A DNA stretch of 64,000 nt from a virus (IMGVR_UViG_3300025162_001855), one strand, 5' to 3'. Positions 16,874 through 26,747 are shown, counted from the stretch's first letter. The notes: generated by a model from the sequence alone, not told the origin. Numbers and translations are program-made.

Positions 16874-17019
16874 AGGCCACTTGCCTCATCCCAATTCAGC
16901 ACCAAAACCTCGTCGAACATCTTAACCCAAATCTTCCCTTTGCGTTTGTCAATGTCGACTAACGTGGCGGGCTTGGCCTGCATACCACACTTAACAGTGA
17001 CGCGCTGACCTTTGATCAT
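16816..17019 (-). CDS. small hypothetical protein
   Basis: coupled ORF. Confidence 0.6.
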   Translation of the reverse strand: MIKGQRVTVKCGMQAKPATLVDIDKRKGKIWVKMFDEVLVLNWDEASGLYTKTAGRMTISVGPDGLV

Positions 17020-17555
17020 TTCCGACCCTTTGCCTTGACACCAAGTTGTTTGAAGATTTGTTGCACGGAAACTGCCTGTGCATAAGCATCGGCTAATGCA
17101 TTGTGGAGTGCAGCGTTTGACGTCTTAGCCGAATCATCGCCCATATCCATTACGGTGCGCGAATCTCGAATTTGCCAATACTGCCAGGGAACCGGGCGGC
17201 CCATTGATTGGTACAAGTTTTCTAGAATGCCAATGTCGAACATCACACCCTGTGCCCAAATCTTGCTGCTACCCGAAAGGTACTTGTTGAGCTGCGTTAC
17301 AACATCTTCTAGTGGGATGCGGTTTGCATCCGACAATGCTTCTTCGCGAACATCTTCGGCTTGCTTCGACCACCAATCAAGTGTGCTTTCACTAATGTTG
17401 CGTCCAAGTGCAACCTGTTCATCAACGTTCACCTTAACATAGAACGGCGCACTCGGTTCGAGTAAGTTGAATGGATCAAACTTCACCGCACCAATGGTTA
17501 AAATTACTGCGTCATTGCCTGTGGCAAGCGTTTCCATATCGATCATTACATCCAT
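17016..17555 (-). CDS. DEDDh 3'-5' exonuclease (Rv2179c/RNase AS-like)
   Basis: VMIDMETLA, IGAVKF, RDSRT, HNALADA. Confidence 0.88.
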   Translation of the reverse strand: MDVMIDMETLATGNDAVILTIGAVKFDPFNLLEPSAPFYVKVNVDEQVALGRNISESTLDWWSKQAEDVREEALSDANRIPLEDVVTQLNKYLSGSSKIWAQGVMFDIGILENLYQSMGRPVPWQYWQIRDSRTVMDMGDDSAKTSNAALHNALADAYAQAVSVQQIFKQLGVKAKGRK

Positions 17556-17556
17556 C

Positions 17557-18264
17557 TTACTCTCCTAGAATTTCCAAACATTTCTTGCGGAACAGTTCTT
17601 GCTGTCCCGGAATTCGAATCTCAAAATTGTGGTAAAACAATAGACTCTCTTCATCACCATATGTTGTACCACCACCATATACAGGGTGGCCATCCGCCAG
17701 TGGCCAATGTGGCGCATCTGTTGTAACGGGCTTACGATCAAACGACACTGGCATGAATAAATCTACCATACTATCGGTTGTTGCTTCTGCTGCCCAAGTA
17801 TACTCTTCGGCAACATCCGAGCGATGTGTTTCCAACGCACTCGGTGCACCAATGTACTTAAACGACTCTCGGCTTATAGCCAAAGAACTTGGTGCCGCAA
17901 ACATGTGTTGGCCGTTATCCAAATGGTTGGAGCGTTGAGCGTTGCCCACAACTCCTCCCCGATCTACTGCCGCTAGATTTAGATAGTAGTCAATTGCACG
18001 CTCGTGCAATGGTACACAATCAATATCTAAAAACAAAACAGTGTCGATATCAAACTCTTGCTTTATAGGCTTGTTGGCATGTGTCTTAACAGGCACTCCA
18101 TTCAAGCACCAAAAGTAGTCGATGGCCGCACCATGCATCATGTCCACCATAATCACATAGTGTGGTATGTTGCTTCGGTTGAACTTTTGCACAACCGCTT
18201 GCTGTAATTTGATCGTATAAGGATCAATGTTTGCCATCACGAACGAAAAAATTGCACGGCTCAA
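17557..18264 (-). CDS. putative GT-A fold glycosyltransferase-like protein
   Basis: LFLDIDCVP (DxD after a hydrophobic strand). Confidence 0.5.
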   Translation of the reverse strand: MSRAIFSFVMANIDPYTIKLQQAVVQKFNRSNIPHYVIMVDMMHGAAIDYFWCLNGVPVKTHANKPIKQEFDIDTVLFLDIDCVPLHERAIDYYLNLAAVDRGGVVGNAQRSNHLDNGQHMFAAPSSLAISRESFKYIGAPSALETHRSDVAEEYTWAAEATTDSMVDLFMPVSFDRKPVTTDAPHWPLADGHPVYGGGTTYGDEESLLFYHNFEIRIPGQQELFRKKCLEILGE

Positions 18265-18265
18265 G

Positions 18266-19069
18266 TTAGGTCCACAGGCTTCGGCGTAGCTTGATGAGAC
18301 GAGTCATCATCTCAGTATCTTCGTCGTTGTATTGATCTTCGAGCTTGCGAATATCGGCAAGCATCTTCTTGACTTTCTTCTTCCCGGCCGCGGTCTTCTC
18401 TTCGGTCCACATACTTTCCTTCGAATCACAGTGTGCCGACCATCCGGTTACATCAAAGACATCCGGGCGATTTGGATACACGTTCTTCCACCAGTTGTAG
18501 AGTTCAATAGTTTCCTTGGCTGCAATGGCTTGTGGGGTTAGCTTGCCGTAGAGCTTGTGTCCCTTTTCAATACCACTGTTCTCATCGTATACGAGTTTGG
18601 ATGACCAGTCGAAATAGGCTAGACCAGAATCAGGACTGCGCCAGGCGCGGTACCACTTGCGCCACCACGGGCGTTCAAATTTCTTTGCTGCTTCTTTGTC
18701 CCAGACAACGTTCATCCATGCACATTCGATTTCAACAAACTCCACAAGCTCGTTGAACATACCGTGCATTAATCGAGTTTCAAATTCGTGCCATTGTCCC
18801 GGTTCGAGGCCGGTCTTCATAAAATGGGTCTTGGATACGAACCGGTTGTTGCAATAGTAACGAACCTTATTAAACTGATCGGGAAGCCACCCGACAATAT
18901 CTTGTAGCTTGCCCAGGCCGTCGTCGGCAAGCCAAAAACGGAATGGGTGCTTTTTCTTGGCATCCTTCTTCCAGATATCCCAGCCTTCCATTGTTTCGGC
19001 TTCGGGTTTACTTGTTCCGCGCAGCCAATCTGCGAAAGAACTACACGACCAATAATTTACATGTTGCAT
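18266..19069 (-). CDS. Trp-rich hypothetical protein
   Basis: long ORF with AGGAG RBS. Confidence 0.75.
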   Translation of the reverse strand: MQHVNYWSCSSFADWLRGTSKPEAETMEGWDIWKKDAKKKHPFRFWLADDGLGKLQDIVGWLPDQFNKVRYYCNNRFVSKTHFMKTGLEPGQWHEFETRLMHGMFNELVEFVEIECAWMNVVWDKEAAKKFERPWWRKWYRAWRSPDSGLAYFDWSSKLVYDENSGIEKGHKLYGKLTPQAIAAKETIELYNWWKNVYPNRPDVFDVTGWSAHCDSKESMWTEEKTAAGKKKVKKMLADIRKLEDQYNDEDTEMMTRLIKLRRSLWT

Positions 19070-19092
19070 AAATCTCCTTTAACGCCCGAGGA

Positions 19093-19413
19093 TCAGGCGG
19101 GTTTAACTTTCACTTCTAGTGGATGACCATTCTGCCGAGAAATATAAGTGCATTCGAGCGCCTTTTGCTCGGCAAGTTCGAAATGTAGAGTAGCAGCCAC
19201 ACCCGATCCTCGTTCGTGGACTTCCATCATGATCTCAAACGCACGTTCGGGTACATGCCCAAATTGTGCTTGCAATAATTGGATTACAAAATCCATTGGA
19301 GTAAAGTTGTCGTTCATGAAAACAACATTGAACTTTTTTGGCTCCTCGGCCTTGAGCGTATTCTTAGTTGTGCTCTTGGTCGTGGACTTTGATTTTACTG
19401 CAACGTCTGACAT
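19093..19413 (-). CDS. clpS: ClpS N-degron adaptor
   Basis: VVFMNDNFTPMDFV, EVHERGSG, HPL. Confidence 0.92.
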   Translation of the reverse strand: MSDVAVKSKSTTKSTTKNTLKAEEPKKFNVVFMNDNFTPMDFVIQLLQAQFGHVPERAFEIMMEVHERGSGVAATLHFELAEQKALECTYISRQNGHPLEVKVKPA

Positions 19414-19426
19414 GATGGGTCCTTAC

Positions 19427-19843
19427 TTAGCCGCGGGTAATAGCAATGCGGCGGGGCTTTAACTCTTCCGGTACCTTGCGTTCCAAGTTTACAGTGAGAA
19501 GCCCATTATCACAAGTAGCCGATGCCACTTCGTAATGTTGCTCCAATTGCCAACTTAGTCGGAAGCTGCGAGTAGCAATACCCTTGTGGATATATTCCTT
19601 TGATTCATCGGCCACTGTTTCAGCTGAAATAGTAAGCTGGTTGTTTTCGACAACCACATTGATGTCATCGGGACTAAATCCAGCAACGGCCAATGTAATC
19701 TTACGCCCATCGTTCTCGAGCTTTTCGATATCGTATGGGGGATACTTTGGTTGGTTTGCTGCCCTGTCAATCACGTCAAACAATTCGTCAAAACCGACTG
19801 TGAGGCGTGAAAATGGATCATAGAGTCGTACTGCTGTATTCAT
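19427..19843 (-). CDS. hsp20: small heat shock protein Hsp20 (IbpA-like)
   Basis: VGFDELF, YPPYDI, LAVAGF, YIHKGIATRSF, NGLLTV. Confidence 0.95.
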   Translation of the reverse strand: MNTAVRLYDPFSRLTVGFDELFDVIDRAANQPKYPPYDIEKLENDGRKITLAVAGFSPDDINVVVENNQLTISAETVADESKEYIHKGIATRSFRLSWQLEQHYEVASATCDNGLLTVNLERKVPEELKPRRIAITRG

Positions 19844-19926
19844 AAATTTCTCCTTTAATAAGCGAGTAGTTTGGAACCCCGAATTGGGCGTTCCGTGTAG
19901 CACTGGGACCTTCCCAGCACTACACA
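19844..19926 (-). promoter_or_regulatory. ROSE-like RNA thermometer in the hsp20 5' UTR
   Basis: three hairpins; the last is CUCGCU-UAUUAA-AGGAG, pairing the SD with a bulged G; TTGACA-17-TATAAA / TATAAATA promoter at 19927-19957. Confidence 0.7.
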
Positions 19927-19943
19927 TATTTATACACTATACT

Positions 19944-20204
19944 TTACTTCTTGTCAACTTTCTTTGGTATCTTTTTTGGAACAGACAATTTTGGATTGTT
20001 CTCTCTTTTGGTTTTGGCAATGGCTCGTTGCTTAGCCAATCTTGCCTTTACACTTGGTTTCACATATTCGCGTTTGGCGTCGAGCGTGTCCAATTTTCCA
20101 TCGTTCTCGACCTTCTTCTTAAACTTGCGCAGCATCTTCTCAAAATTGTCGCCTTCAATATCTACACGAAGGCCACTAATAATTGACTGGTGTCTAACTC
20201 TCAT
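19944..20204 (-). CDS. rpsU: ribosomal protein bS21 homolog
   Basis: VDIEGDNFEKMLRKFKKKV...REYVKPSVKAR. Confidence 0.85.
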   Translation of the reverse strand: MRVRHQSIISGLRVDIEGDNFEKMLRKFKKKVENDGKLDTLDAKREYVKPSVKARLAKQRAIAKTKRENNPKLSVPKKIPKKVDKK

Positions 20205-21450
20205 TTCTACTTCCTTTCTTTTTGATTCTTCTAAACTTAACAGATGGTTGTGTACCATCTTTCTCCACATACTCTTTAGTTATCGTAACCGAGCTCACCC
20301 CTTGCATATTTTTTTGGCTCAAGTGGAATTGCAACGGGTTCAATTTCTTGTCCAGAATACTTCTAAGACTGCGTGCGCCCGTCCCCATTTTTATAGCCGA
20401 TTCAGCAATGGCTTCCAATGCGAGATTTTCAAACTTGAGTTTGATTGGTAGGAAGAGCTCTTGGTATTGTTTGGTCAGACTGTCTTTTGGTTCTGTTAGA
20501 ATCTGGACCAGTTGATCCTTGGTGAGTGCTTCGGTGGTTGTAAGGATTGGCAAGCGCCCAATCAATTCTGGAATGATGCCATATTTGACCAAATCTCGAT
20601 CTGTGACATCCTTCAAGTTTGCCTTCTTCTTGCTTACATCAGCAGAGAATCCAATCCCCGATGTACCGGATGCCCGAGATTCGAGTATCTTGTCCAATCC
20701 AACAAATGCACCACTGCATACAAATAGGATATGCGTAGTATCCATTTCAATAGTTTCAACCATTCCCAATTTTTTGTTTGGTTCGGTGGGGACGGACATA
20801 ACGTGTCCTTCGATCATCTTGAGTAGTGCTTGTTGTACACCCTCACCGCTAATGTCGCGGGATACTATTGCACTGTCTCCCATGCGAGCAATCTTGTCAA
20901 TCTCGTCGATAAACACAATGCCATGTTCGGCAAGATCAATATCACCCTTGGCCGATTGTATCAGCTTACTCAATAGTGATTCAACATCATCGCCAACATA
21001 GCCGGCTTGTGTAATTGTAGTTGCATCTCCGACCACAATAGGCACATTTAGCAACTCGGCGATGGCCTTGACCATTAGTGTCTTGCCACTGCCAGTTGGT
21101 CCAAGTACGAGCACATTGCTCTTTTGAATCTGAACGTTGGCCTTTGATTGTTTATTATTGAGTCGCTTGTAATGATTATGTACAGCCACACTCAGAGCAA
21201 TCTTTGCATGATCCTGGCCGATAACAATATTGTCAAGGTGTTCCTTGATTTCTCTCGGCGATGGAACCTTAGCTTTTGCTTTCTTTATCTTGGGTCTCGG
21301 CGTGTCCTTGGCCAATAGGTCCTTGATTGATTCAAAGCAAATATCGCATATAGCAACCTCGGTCCCAACAATTAACTTATGTACTTCGTTTTGATTGCGC
21401 TGGCAGAAGCTGCAATGTTTGACTGTACTTTCTTTGTATTGCATGTTCAA
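20194..21450 (-). CDS. clpX: ClpX AAA+ unfoldase
   Basis: CSFC..CDIC zinc domain, GPTGSGKT, TQAGYVGDDVE, FIDEIDKI, GEGVQQALLK, IGF loop. Confidence 0.96.
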   Translation of the reverse strand: MNMQYKESTVKHCSFCQRNQNEVHKLIVGTEVAICDICFESIKDLLAKDTPRPKIKKAKAKVPSPREIKEHLDNIVIGQDHAKIALSVAVHNHYKRLNNKQSKANVQIQKSNVLVLGPTGSGKTLMVKAIAELLNVPIVVGDATTITQAGYVGDDVESLLSKLIQSAKGDIDLAEHGIVFIDEIDKIARMGDSAIVSRDISGEGVQQALLKMIEGHVMSVPTEPNKKLGMVETIEMDTTHILFVCSGAFVGLDKILESRASGTSGIGFSADVSKKKANLKDVTDRDLVKYGIIPELIGRLPILTTTEALTKDQLVQILTEPKDSLTKQYQELFLPIKLKFENLALEAIAESAIKMGTGARSLRSILDKKLNPLQFHLSQKNMQGVSSVTITKEYVEKDGTQPSVKFRRIKKKGSRNES

Positions 21451-21805
21451 TTATCCCAGTTAGTTCTGTCTCGTCGATCTGCCTTAGAGAGATTTCGTAC
21501 AAGGTATTTACTGTGGCTGCGTCATACTCTAAATAATAACAATGTGGAAGTGCGACTATGAAACCCGTGAGCCATGTATGCATATCGGGGCGTTCATAGA
21601 TAACAAGATCCGACGACATAATTGCCGCTAGAGTATAATGCGTATCTTTATCAGCTAATCTTAGATCGTACAGAGCAACATTGATACCGGTATCAAGTTC
21701 CGACACAAACGATGTAATCTTCGATTGTGTTTCGGGTTTGGCATTTAACATCGCCAACCGAAATCCTGTGTACGATATATTAGGATTTGTCAACAGACTG
21801 ATCAT
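21377..21805 (-). CDS. hypothetical protein
   Basis: in-line ORF overlapping the clpX start. Confidence 0.55.
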   Translation of the reverse strand: MISLLTNPNISYTGFRLAMLNAKPETQSKITSFVSELDTGINVALYDLRLADKDTHYTLAAIMSSDLVIYERPDMHTWLTGFIVALPHCYYLEYDAATVNTLYEISLRQIDETELTGIIEHAIQRKYSQTLQLLPAQSKRST

Positions 21806-23030
21806 GTTCTAGGTATTCCTGTATTGCGTCACACTCTATCCATGTCAGGCTTTCTACTGTAATCTCATCTCTCTTGAGCTTCTCAACCAATTCCTTGATT
21901 CTCGGTAACGGTATGTTAGTTTGGCCTTTGAGTGCAGCCTCGCTCATCACTTTACCATCGATTCTCTTGTAGCCCGGAGCTACTCTATTCACACGTTTAG
22001 CAATGTCAGCTACCCATTCCGTTTTATCGGGTTGCTGTTCAACAACTGGTTCGGCAGGAATCTTACGCCAATCTTTTGTGGATTCGTCCCATGCCAAACT
22101 ATCGGGTATATGCCGTGGTGGTATTACTGGCATCTCAACCATATCGGCCGGATACACTGGTTCGGGTGTGGCGACCTCAACTAAGTCTTGCTTGTCAAAC
22201 CCATATTGCCGAACAGCGGCTGCTTCCTTCTCTAGATTCTCCTCGGGAGTGGGGTCTATCCTTTTGAGCTTGTCCTCTCGGGCCCATGTCATTGTTTGCT
22301 GTGCAGCCAATATTAAGACAAGCGCCAATGGATCAAACACCAACACCAAAATTATGATAACCCAACGGACTGCTCTCTCCAATAGATTGCTATCGGGGTT
22401 ATCGCCGTACAGCAGAGCAGCCACATATTTGATGGGCCCAACATCTGCTTCGATCTTGCGAGATTCTGCTGCTAACGGGGCGCGTTCGTCTTGGAACGAC
22501 ACTATCTTTTTCTGAGATTCTGTAATCTCGTCTTGAAGAGCCTTTCTCTCCTTCGCTTGGCTACGACGTATCTGTATGGCCTTAGCAGCACCATTTGCGT
22601 CATCTGTACGACCAAGCATTTGATCCACTTGTGCATCCAACTGTGCAACCGCTTTTTTGTCGGCTTCGATGTTACCGCGTTCGGTTGCGATACGCTCGTC
22701 AATAATTTGAACTTGGGCCGCAGCGTCACCAGCTGGTGCAGTTTGGGACAAATGTGCCTTGGCTAAAAAGCCGTAAATACCCATTGATGTGATTAGCATC
22801 AATACCAATACTGCGGGAATCAAATACAATTTAAATTGGAGACTGGCGCGTTTCCAATATTTGTGTATCCAAAGAATTGCGCTAATCTTGCCTAATTCCA
22901 ATGCTGCACCCATAATAATGATGGGCACTGCGGCACCAGCAAAGATTGCGGTTAAACCGGAGATTGAGTAAAATACCCCAACTGCGGAGATAGCTAACGC
23001 TACCAATAATAGTAGTATTCCAAATAACAT
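21780..23030 (-). CDS. multi-TM membrane protein with coiled coil
   Basis: several TM segments at the N-terminus, long coiled coil, further TM; TAAATA upstream. Confidence 0.8.
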   Translation of the reverse strand: MLFGILLLLVALAISAVGVFYSISGLTAIFAGAAVPIIIMGAALELGKISAILWIHKYWKRASLQFKLYLIPAVLVLMLITSMGIYGFLAKAHLSQTAPAGDAAAQVQIIDERIATERGNIEADKKAVAQLDAQVDQMLGRTDDANGAAKAIQIRRSQAKERKALQDEITESQKKIVSFQDERAPLAAESRKIEADVGPIKYVAALLYGDNPDSNLLERAVRWVIIILVLVFDPLALVLILAAQQTMTWAREDKLKRIDPTPEENLEKEAAAVRQYGFDKQDLVEVATPEPVYPADMVEMPVIPPRHIPDSLAWDESTKDWRKIPAEPVVEQQPDKTEWVADIAKRVNRVAPGYKRIDGKVMSEAALKGQTNIPLPRIKELVEKLKRDEITVESLTWIECDAIQEYLEHDQSVDKS

Positions 23031-23062
23031 AATTTTACCTTGTCACGTATTTATCGAACGTT

Positions 23063-23848
23063 TTAGGTTTGAGATTGCTTTTTAATGTGTCGTCTTGAAT
23101 GGGCAGCATGCCTTTTAATTCGATAGCATAGGAGGTTGTCCGTTCCAAATTCGCTTTCATAACTCTCGTAGATGCCAATGTACTTCAAAACCTTTTTAAT
23201 AAAGTTCTGCCGCACACCCTCATCCTTCATTGAAAAGTAATCCTTAAATTCGCTGCAATGGCTATCTGTAGTCTTGAACTTTTTAGCACGATTCCTGGCA
23301 CCATCGACGCCAAACCGTGCAACTAGACTTTGTGCCGAGTTCAATGCATAGCTATCGATTTCATCTGGATTCTTGTAATAGTCGCCGCTCCAATTAGTTA
23401 GATGATAATTTCTTGTGCGACTTTGCTTGGCATGGTTTAGTTCATGTACCACAGTTTTAATTAGCAGGTTCACAAAGCGTTCTTTAACGCCCAATCTCGA
23501 ATAATGTGGTTTACGCCAAAACCAAATATGCACACGAATAGGTTTCTTTCTCTTTCGGTCGGCAATCGAATCGTACCACCCCCCAAAGGCAAAGAAGGTA
23601 TTCTCCTTACCCTTGTCGGGCTTCTTTCTTGGGTATACATGTACCACCATAGACTTCTTCAATGGTTCAAGTTGAAAATCAAACCATTCGCGGAAGGTTA
23701 TGTTCTTGTAGTGCTTGGATGCGAACTGTGACCAGAAATAATTTTCGACTTCAATAAACCAATACTTTTTGGAAAGGTTGATTCTGAAATCGTCTGTTAT
23801 TCGAACTGTTAATGTTGGGCGGCGTTTGGGTTGCTTTTTTGCTACCAT
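23063..23848 (-). CDS. zincin-like (HExxH) protein
   Basis: VVHELNHAKQ...YYKNPDEIDSYA. Confidence 0.65.
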   Translation of the reverse strand: MVAKKQPKRRPTLTVRITDDFRINLSKKYWFIEVENYFWSQFASKHYKNITFREWFDFQLEPLKKSMVVHVYPRKKPDKGKENTFFAFGGWYDSIADRKRKKPIRVHIWFWRKPHYSRLGVKERFVNLLIKTVVHELNHAKQSRTRNYHLTNWSGDYYKNPDEIDSYALNSAQSLVARFGVDGARNRAKKFKTTDSHCSEFKDYFSMKDEGVRQNFIKKVLKYIGIYESYESEFGTDNLLCYRIKRHAAHSRRHIKKQSQT

Positions 23849-23860
23849 TCGCTGCGCCTC

Positions 23861-24184
23861 TTATCTCGTTACCAATCCCGCCGGGGCCGTAACAATGTTA
23901 CTGGTCAATGTTGTGTAATGTGCTGCCATATCCGAATCGGGTGTGGCAAAAGCAACAATACTCGATGTCTTGATTTCTACTGGTTTGTCCTTATCGGCAA
24001 ATACCATCCACTTGTTCATCACCGGATGACCACCTTGGCCAATTCCAAGAGTGCATGGACGATATAGACTAATATGGATTTCATTTATATCCGAAACTGT
24101 TGCGATGATTTCTTCACCCGAAGTTAGTTTCACTACCGTAATCTCATCCTTTTGAGGATGCGCTGAATTTTTATTAATGAGCAT
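23861..24184 (-). CDS. small phage protein, possible Sm/LSm-like fold
   Basis: VVKLTSGEEIIA motif. Confidence 0.6.
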   Translation of the reverse strand: MLINKNSAHPQKDEITVVKLTSGEEIIATVSDINEIHISLYRPCTLGIGQGGHPVMNKWMVFADKDKPVEIKTSSIVAFATPDSDMAAHYTTLTSNIVTAPAGLVTR

Positions 24185-24369
24185 TATTTTCTCCGCTTGC
24201 TCTTTAATTTAGCCGACTTGTTTGGCTTGCCCGTAAAAAAGCCAACATCCGAAGTTGCTGCATCAACTGCCCGTGTTTGGATCGGTCCAATACCGCCGGA
24301 TACCGAAGCAATGCCACCGGCACTAGAACTGCCGCTACTTGCTGTTTCCAAAAGTTCTTTAATTTTCAT
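24184..24369 (-). CDS. small putative virion protein
   Basis: MKIKELLE N-terminus, Ser/Gly-rich. Confidence 0.65.
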   Translation of the reverse strand: MKIKELLETASSGSSSAGGIASVSGGIGPIQTRAVDAATSDVGFFTGKPNKSAKLKSKRRK

Positions 24370-24869
24370 TAGAATACCGTTTGTGTCATTTTAAGAGTTG
24401 CCGAAGAACCCCCAGTAAGGGCATATGATATAGTTACGATTTGCGATATGTTATTCAGTGCTGCCGAAAAGGCAAGACCACAATCACTGCCGGTGAAATT
24501 GAAATCTTCGAACATGTTGACCCCAGTTGACGATGCTGCCAATCGGAGTTGGCCACAGCGTGTATCTGTATCTCGGGTAAGGCTGTATCGTATTTCCTGA
24601 TAATGTGTTACTGCTACAGCAAATGAAAAATCAACAAGGGGACCACTCAATCCACCGGTCAATATGTACGTGTGAAGATCGAGGAGGTCCGAATGTTGGG
24701 TAAGCACCTCTGTGTTACCAACCTCGGGAGCGCCCTCGGACAAATCTCCATTGCCGATATAGAGCTTCTGGGAATCGATTGCCCAACCAAGTTCGGCGCT
24801 CGATAGCTGTGGAAGATCTGCTTTATTACCGCGGCGTACTTGAAGCCGTGTGATGTTCGTTACTGACAA
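24369..24869 (-). CDS. putative virion protein with an Mtd/hyaluronidase-type N-terminal fibre motif
   Basis: RLQVRRG..LPQLSSAELGWAIDSQKLYIGNG; TAAATA and GGAGG upstream. Confidence 0.7.
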   Translation of the reverse strand: MSVTNITRLQVRRGNKADLPQLSSAELGWAIDSQKLYIGNGDLSEGAPEVGNTEVLTQHSDLLDLHTYILTGGLSGPLVDFSFAVAVTHYQEIRYSLTRDTDTRCGQLRLAASSTGVNMFEDFNFTGSDCGLAFSAALNNISQIVTISYALTGGSSATLKMTQTVF

Positions 24870-24915
24870 TGTTTGTGCCTCCTGACGTAGTATTTAGCGT
24901 CGGGGCACGTTTCCG

Positions 24916-25590
24916 CTAGTGGTGCTCTTTGTAGTATTTGTCCACTTTTTTCCACCATTCGGATGTCCAATGGTCAAATTCCTTACCCTTAATCTCGAAA
25001 ATCTGTAGTTTTAGCTCGGGTGTACACACCAATACCACACCCTGATTAATATCGGTACCGTACATTTCGTTATGGGCCACTGCATACGCACATAATTGGC
25101 AAAAGTATCCCTCGATCCATTCTCTCTTTTTGGGCTTGTTACTTTGCTTGAAGTCAATGATTGCCGAATCCTTGTCCCATATGCCGACCAAATCCGTTGT
25201 TCCGGCATACAGTTCGGGATAGTAAAGACTGAGTTCTGTACCCCATGCTTCCTTAAGATTTGGCTTTAACGCACCCTCGATAATGATGCGCGACATTTTA
25301 AATGCTTGCTGATGAACTAGATTTGTACCGGGTTCTTTCTCCTCATTAAGGAGCCAACGCTCAATATATTTGTGCATTGTAGTACCGCGTCCCCCGGCCT
25401 CTTTGGTAATGCGTGTGGCTTCTTGGTCGCCGACTCGCTTACGCCATTCAACCAATGCTTTCTTATCGGCAGTCTTGTCCAAAATTGTAGTTACACTTGG
25501 AAGAGCAACCTTATCCGGAGTGTGGTAATAGCGCGTTCCATTAATCGTGACTTTTTCCAAGAGCTTGTATTCATACGGCTTCGTAATCAT
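24916..25590 (-). CDS. PD-(D/E)XK exonuclease (lambda-exo/Cas4-like)
   Basis: LPSVTTIL, RGTTMH, YAGTTD, IIDFKQS, QLCAYA; TTGACA-17-TATTAT promoter. Confidence 0.88.
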   Translation of the reverse strand: MITKPYEYKLLEKVTINGTRYYHTPDKVALPSVTTILDKTADKKALVEWRKRVGDQEATRITKEAGGRGTTMHKYIERWLLNEEKEPGTNLVHQQAFKMSRIIIEGALKPNLKEAWGTELSLYYPELYAGTTDLVGIWDKDSAIIDFKQSNKPKKREWIEGYFCQLCAYAVAHNEMYGTDINQGVVLVCTPELKLQIFEIKGKEFDHWTSEWWKKVDKYYKEHH

Positions 25591-25667
25591 TAATCATCCT
25601 TTTCAGAAAACATATAATAGCATAGGTTGAAACGAATGTCAACCTTTAAATTATCAACAGTTGATAG

Positions 25668-26261
25668 TTACCAGGTAGCGTACCAGAGAAAAGTATTACC
25701 GGTGAGTGCATTTGTGACTCGCTTAATACCATATCCGAGCTGATTGAAATTATCCAACACAGCCTGCATACCGGCTGCACGAGTTTCGTCAGTTACCAAT
25801 CCCTGCCAAACTCTATAATACATCTGTGCTTCAGTGTATGTGGCTGCTACCATAAATGGATCGGCAAGTTGAAATGTGCCGGGTGTGGTTGGGTAGATAA
25901 GTGTGATGCTTGTAGTAGTGGTTGCATATGCTGCGAGGCCAGTAACGTTGAATCCTGTCGATGCCGAACCCTCGACATGATACGTGCCGTGTACATCGGG
26001 GGCAATCAATTGTGGTAATGGTAGTGGAAACGTAACCAAAAACGGTCCGGAGCCGGCAACTGTTGGTGAACCACTAATTTCCCAAGTGGGTTCTGTTTGT
26101 GAGGTCCCGGTCATTGTTGTTTCGCCACCAATGCCCGCATTAACATATGCACCGGCTTGGACTGATGCTAGTACCGCTGTTTCAATTGCTTGAATCTCGC
26201 TTAATACTACGGAAGTGTCGCCGGCTTGACTACGGGCTTGTGATGCAGTTGGGAAACTCAT
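25668..26261 (-). CDS. putative virion structural protein
   Basis: Thr/Gly/Ala-rich, in structural block. Confidence 0.6.
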   Translation of the reverse strand: MSFPTASQARSQAGDTSVVLSEIQAIETAVLASVQAGAYVNAGIGGETTMTGTSQTEPTWEISGSPTVAGSGPFLVTFPLPLPQLIAPDVHGTYHVEGSASTGFNVTGLAAYATTTTSITLIYPTTPGTFQLADPFMVAATYTEAQMYYRVWQGLVTDETRAAGMQAVLDNFNQLGYGIKRVTNALTGNTFLWYATW

Positions 26262-26746
26262 AGCCCTCTCCTCTTGGCTGCACGGTCGGCCATCTTCTGT
26301 ACGGTATCAATTCTCTTTACTTGTTCTTTATCTTCGTCGCTGTCAACGGCATCAACGTCAGTGCTATCCATCGGTGGTGCCGATATGTCGGTTGGCGATA
26401 CTGGTGCACCGGAAGTATCCGGTGGGGTATCTAAGCCCAAGTCTCCAAGATCGCCCAAGTCGGACATGTCGTCACTTGGTGCCGGGGCTTCGGATGCGTG
26501 TGCCGAATCGACTACGATTCCGGTATCATCTAAATCCGATATCTCGGAGGCCAATGTTGGGTCATTGTTCATTGCTGCTTCAATATCGGCCTTGGATATT
26601 GTGCCACGGAAATTAACAAGGTGGGCTAGTTGGTCGTAAGAGATATGATATGGTTTACCAATCGTCTTACTGCGCACTAGCATCACATCAATGGCGTTCT
26701 TAAGTTTGGCCACCATTGGATCTTGGATCAGCTCGTCTAGTCGCAT
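26258..26746 (-). CDS. acidic putative head-internal protein
   Basis: MRLDEL N-terminus; Asp/Pro-rich linker. Confidence 0.65.
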   Translation of the reverse strand: MRLDELIQDPMVAKLKNAIDVMLVRSKTIGKPYHISYDQLAHLVNFRGTISKADIEAAMNNDPTLASEISDLDDTGIVVDSAHASEAPAPSDDMSDLGDLGDLGLDTPPDTSGAPVSPTDISAPPMDSTDVDAVDSDEDKEQVKRIDTVQKMADRAAKRRGL

Positions 26747-26747
26747 T

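Noticed and set aside
24369-24869. Diversity-generating retroelement target (Mtd-like N-terminus)
   Set aside because: Only the generic fibre N-terminal motif is present; no reverse transcriptase or TR/VR repeat pair in the window.
24916-25590. Cas4 as part of a CRISPR system
   Set aside because: Standalone PD-(D/E)XK exonuclease common in phages; no cas1/cas2 or array nearby.
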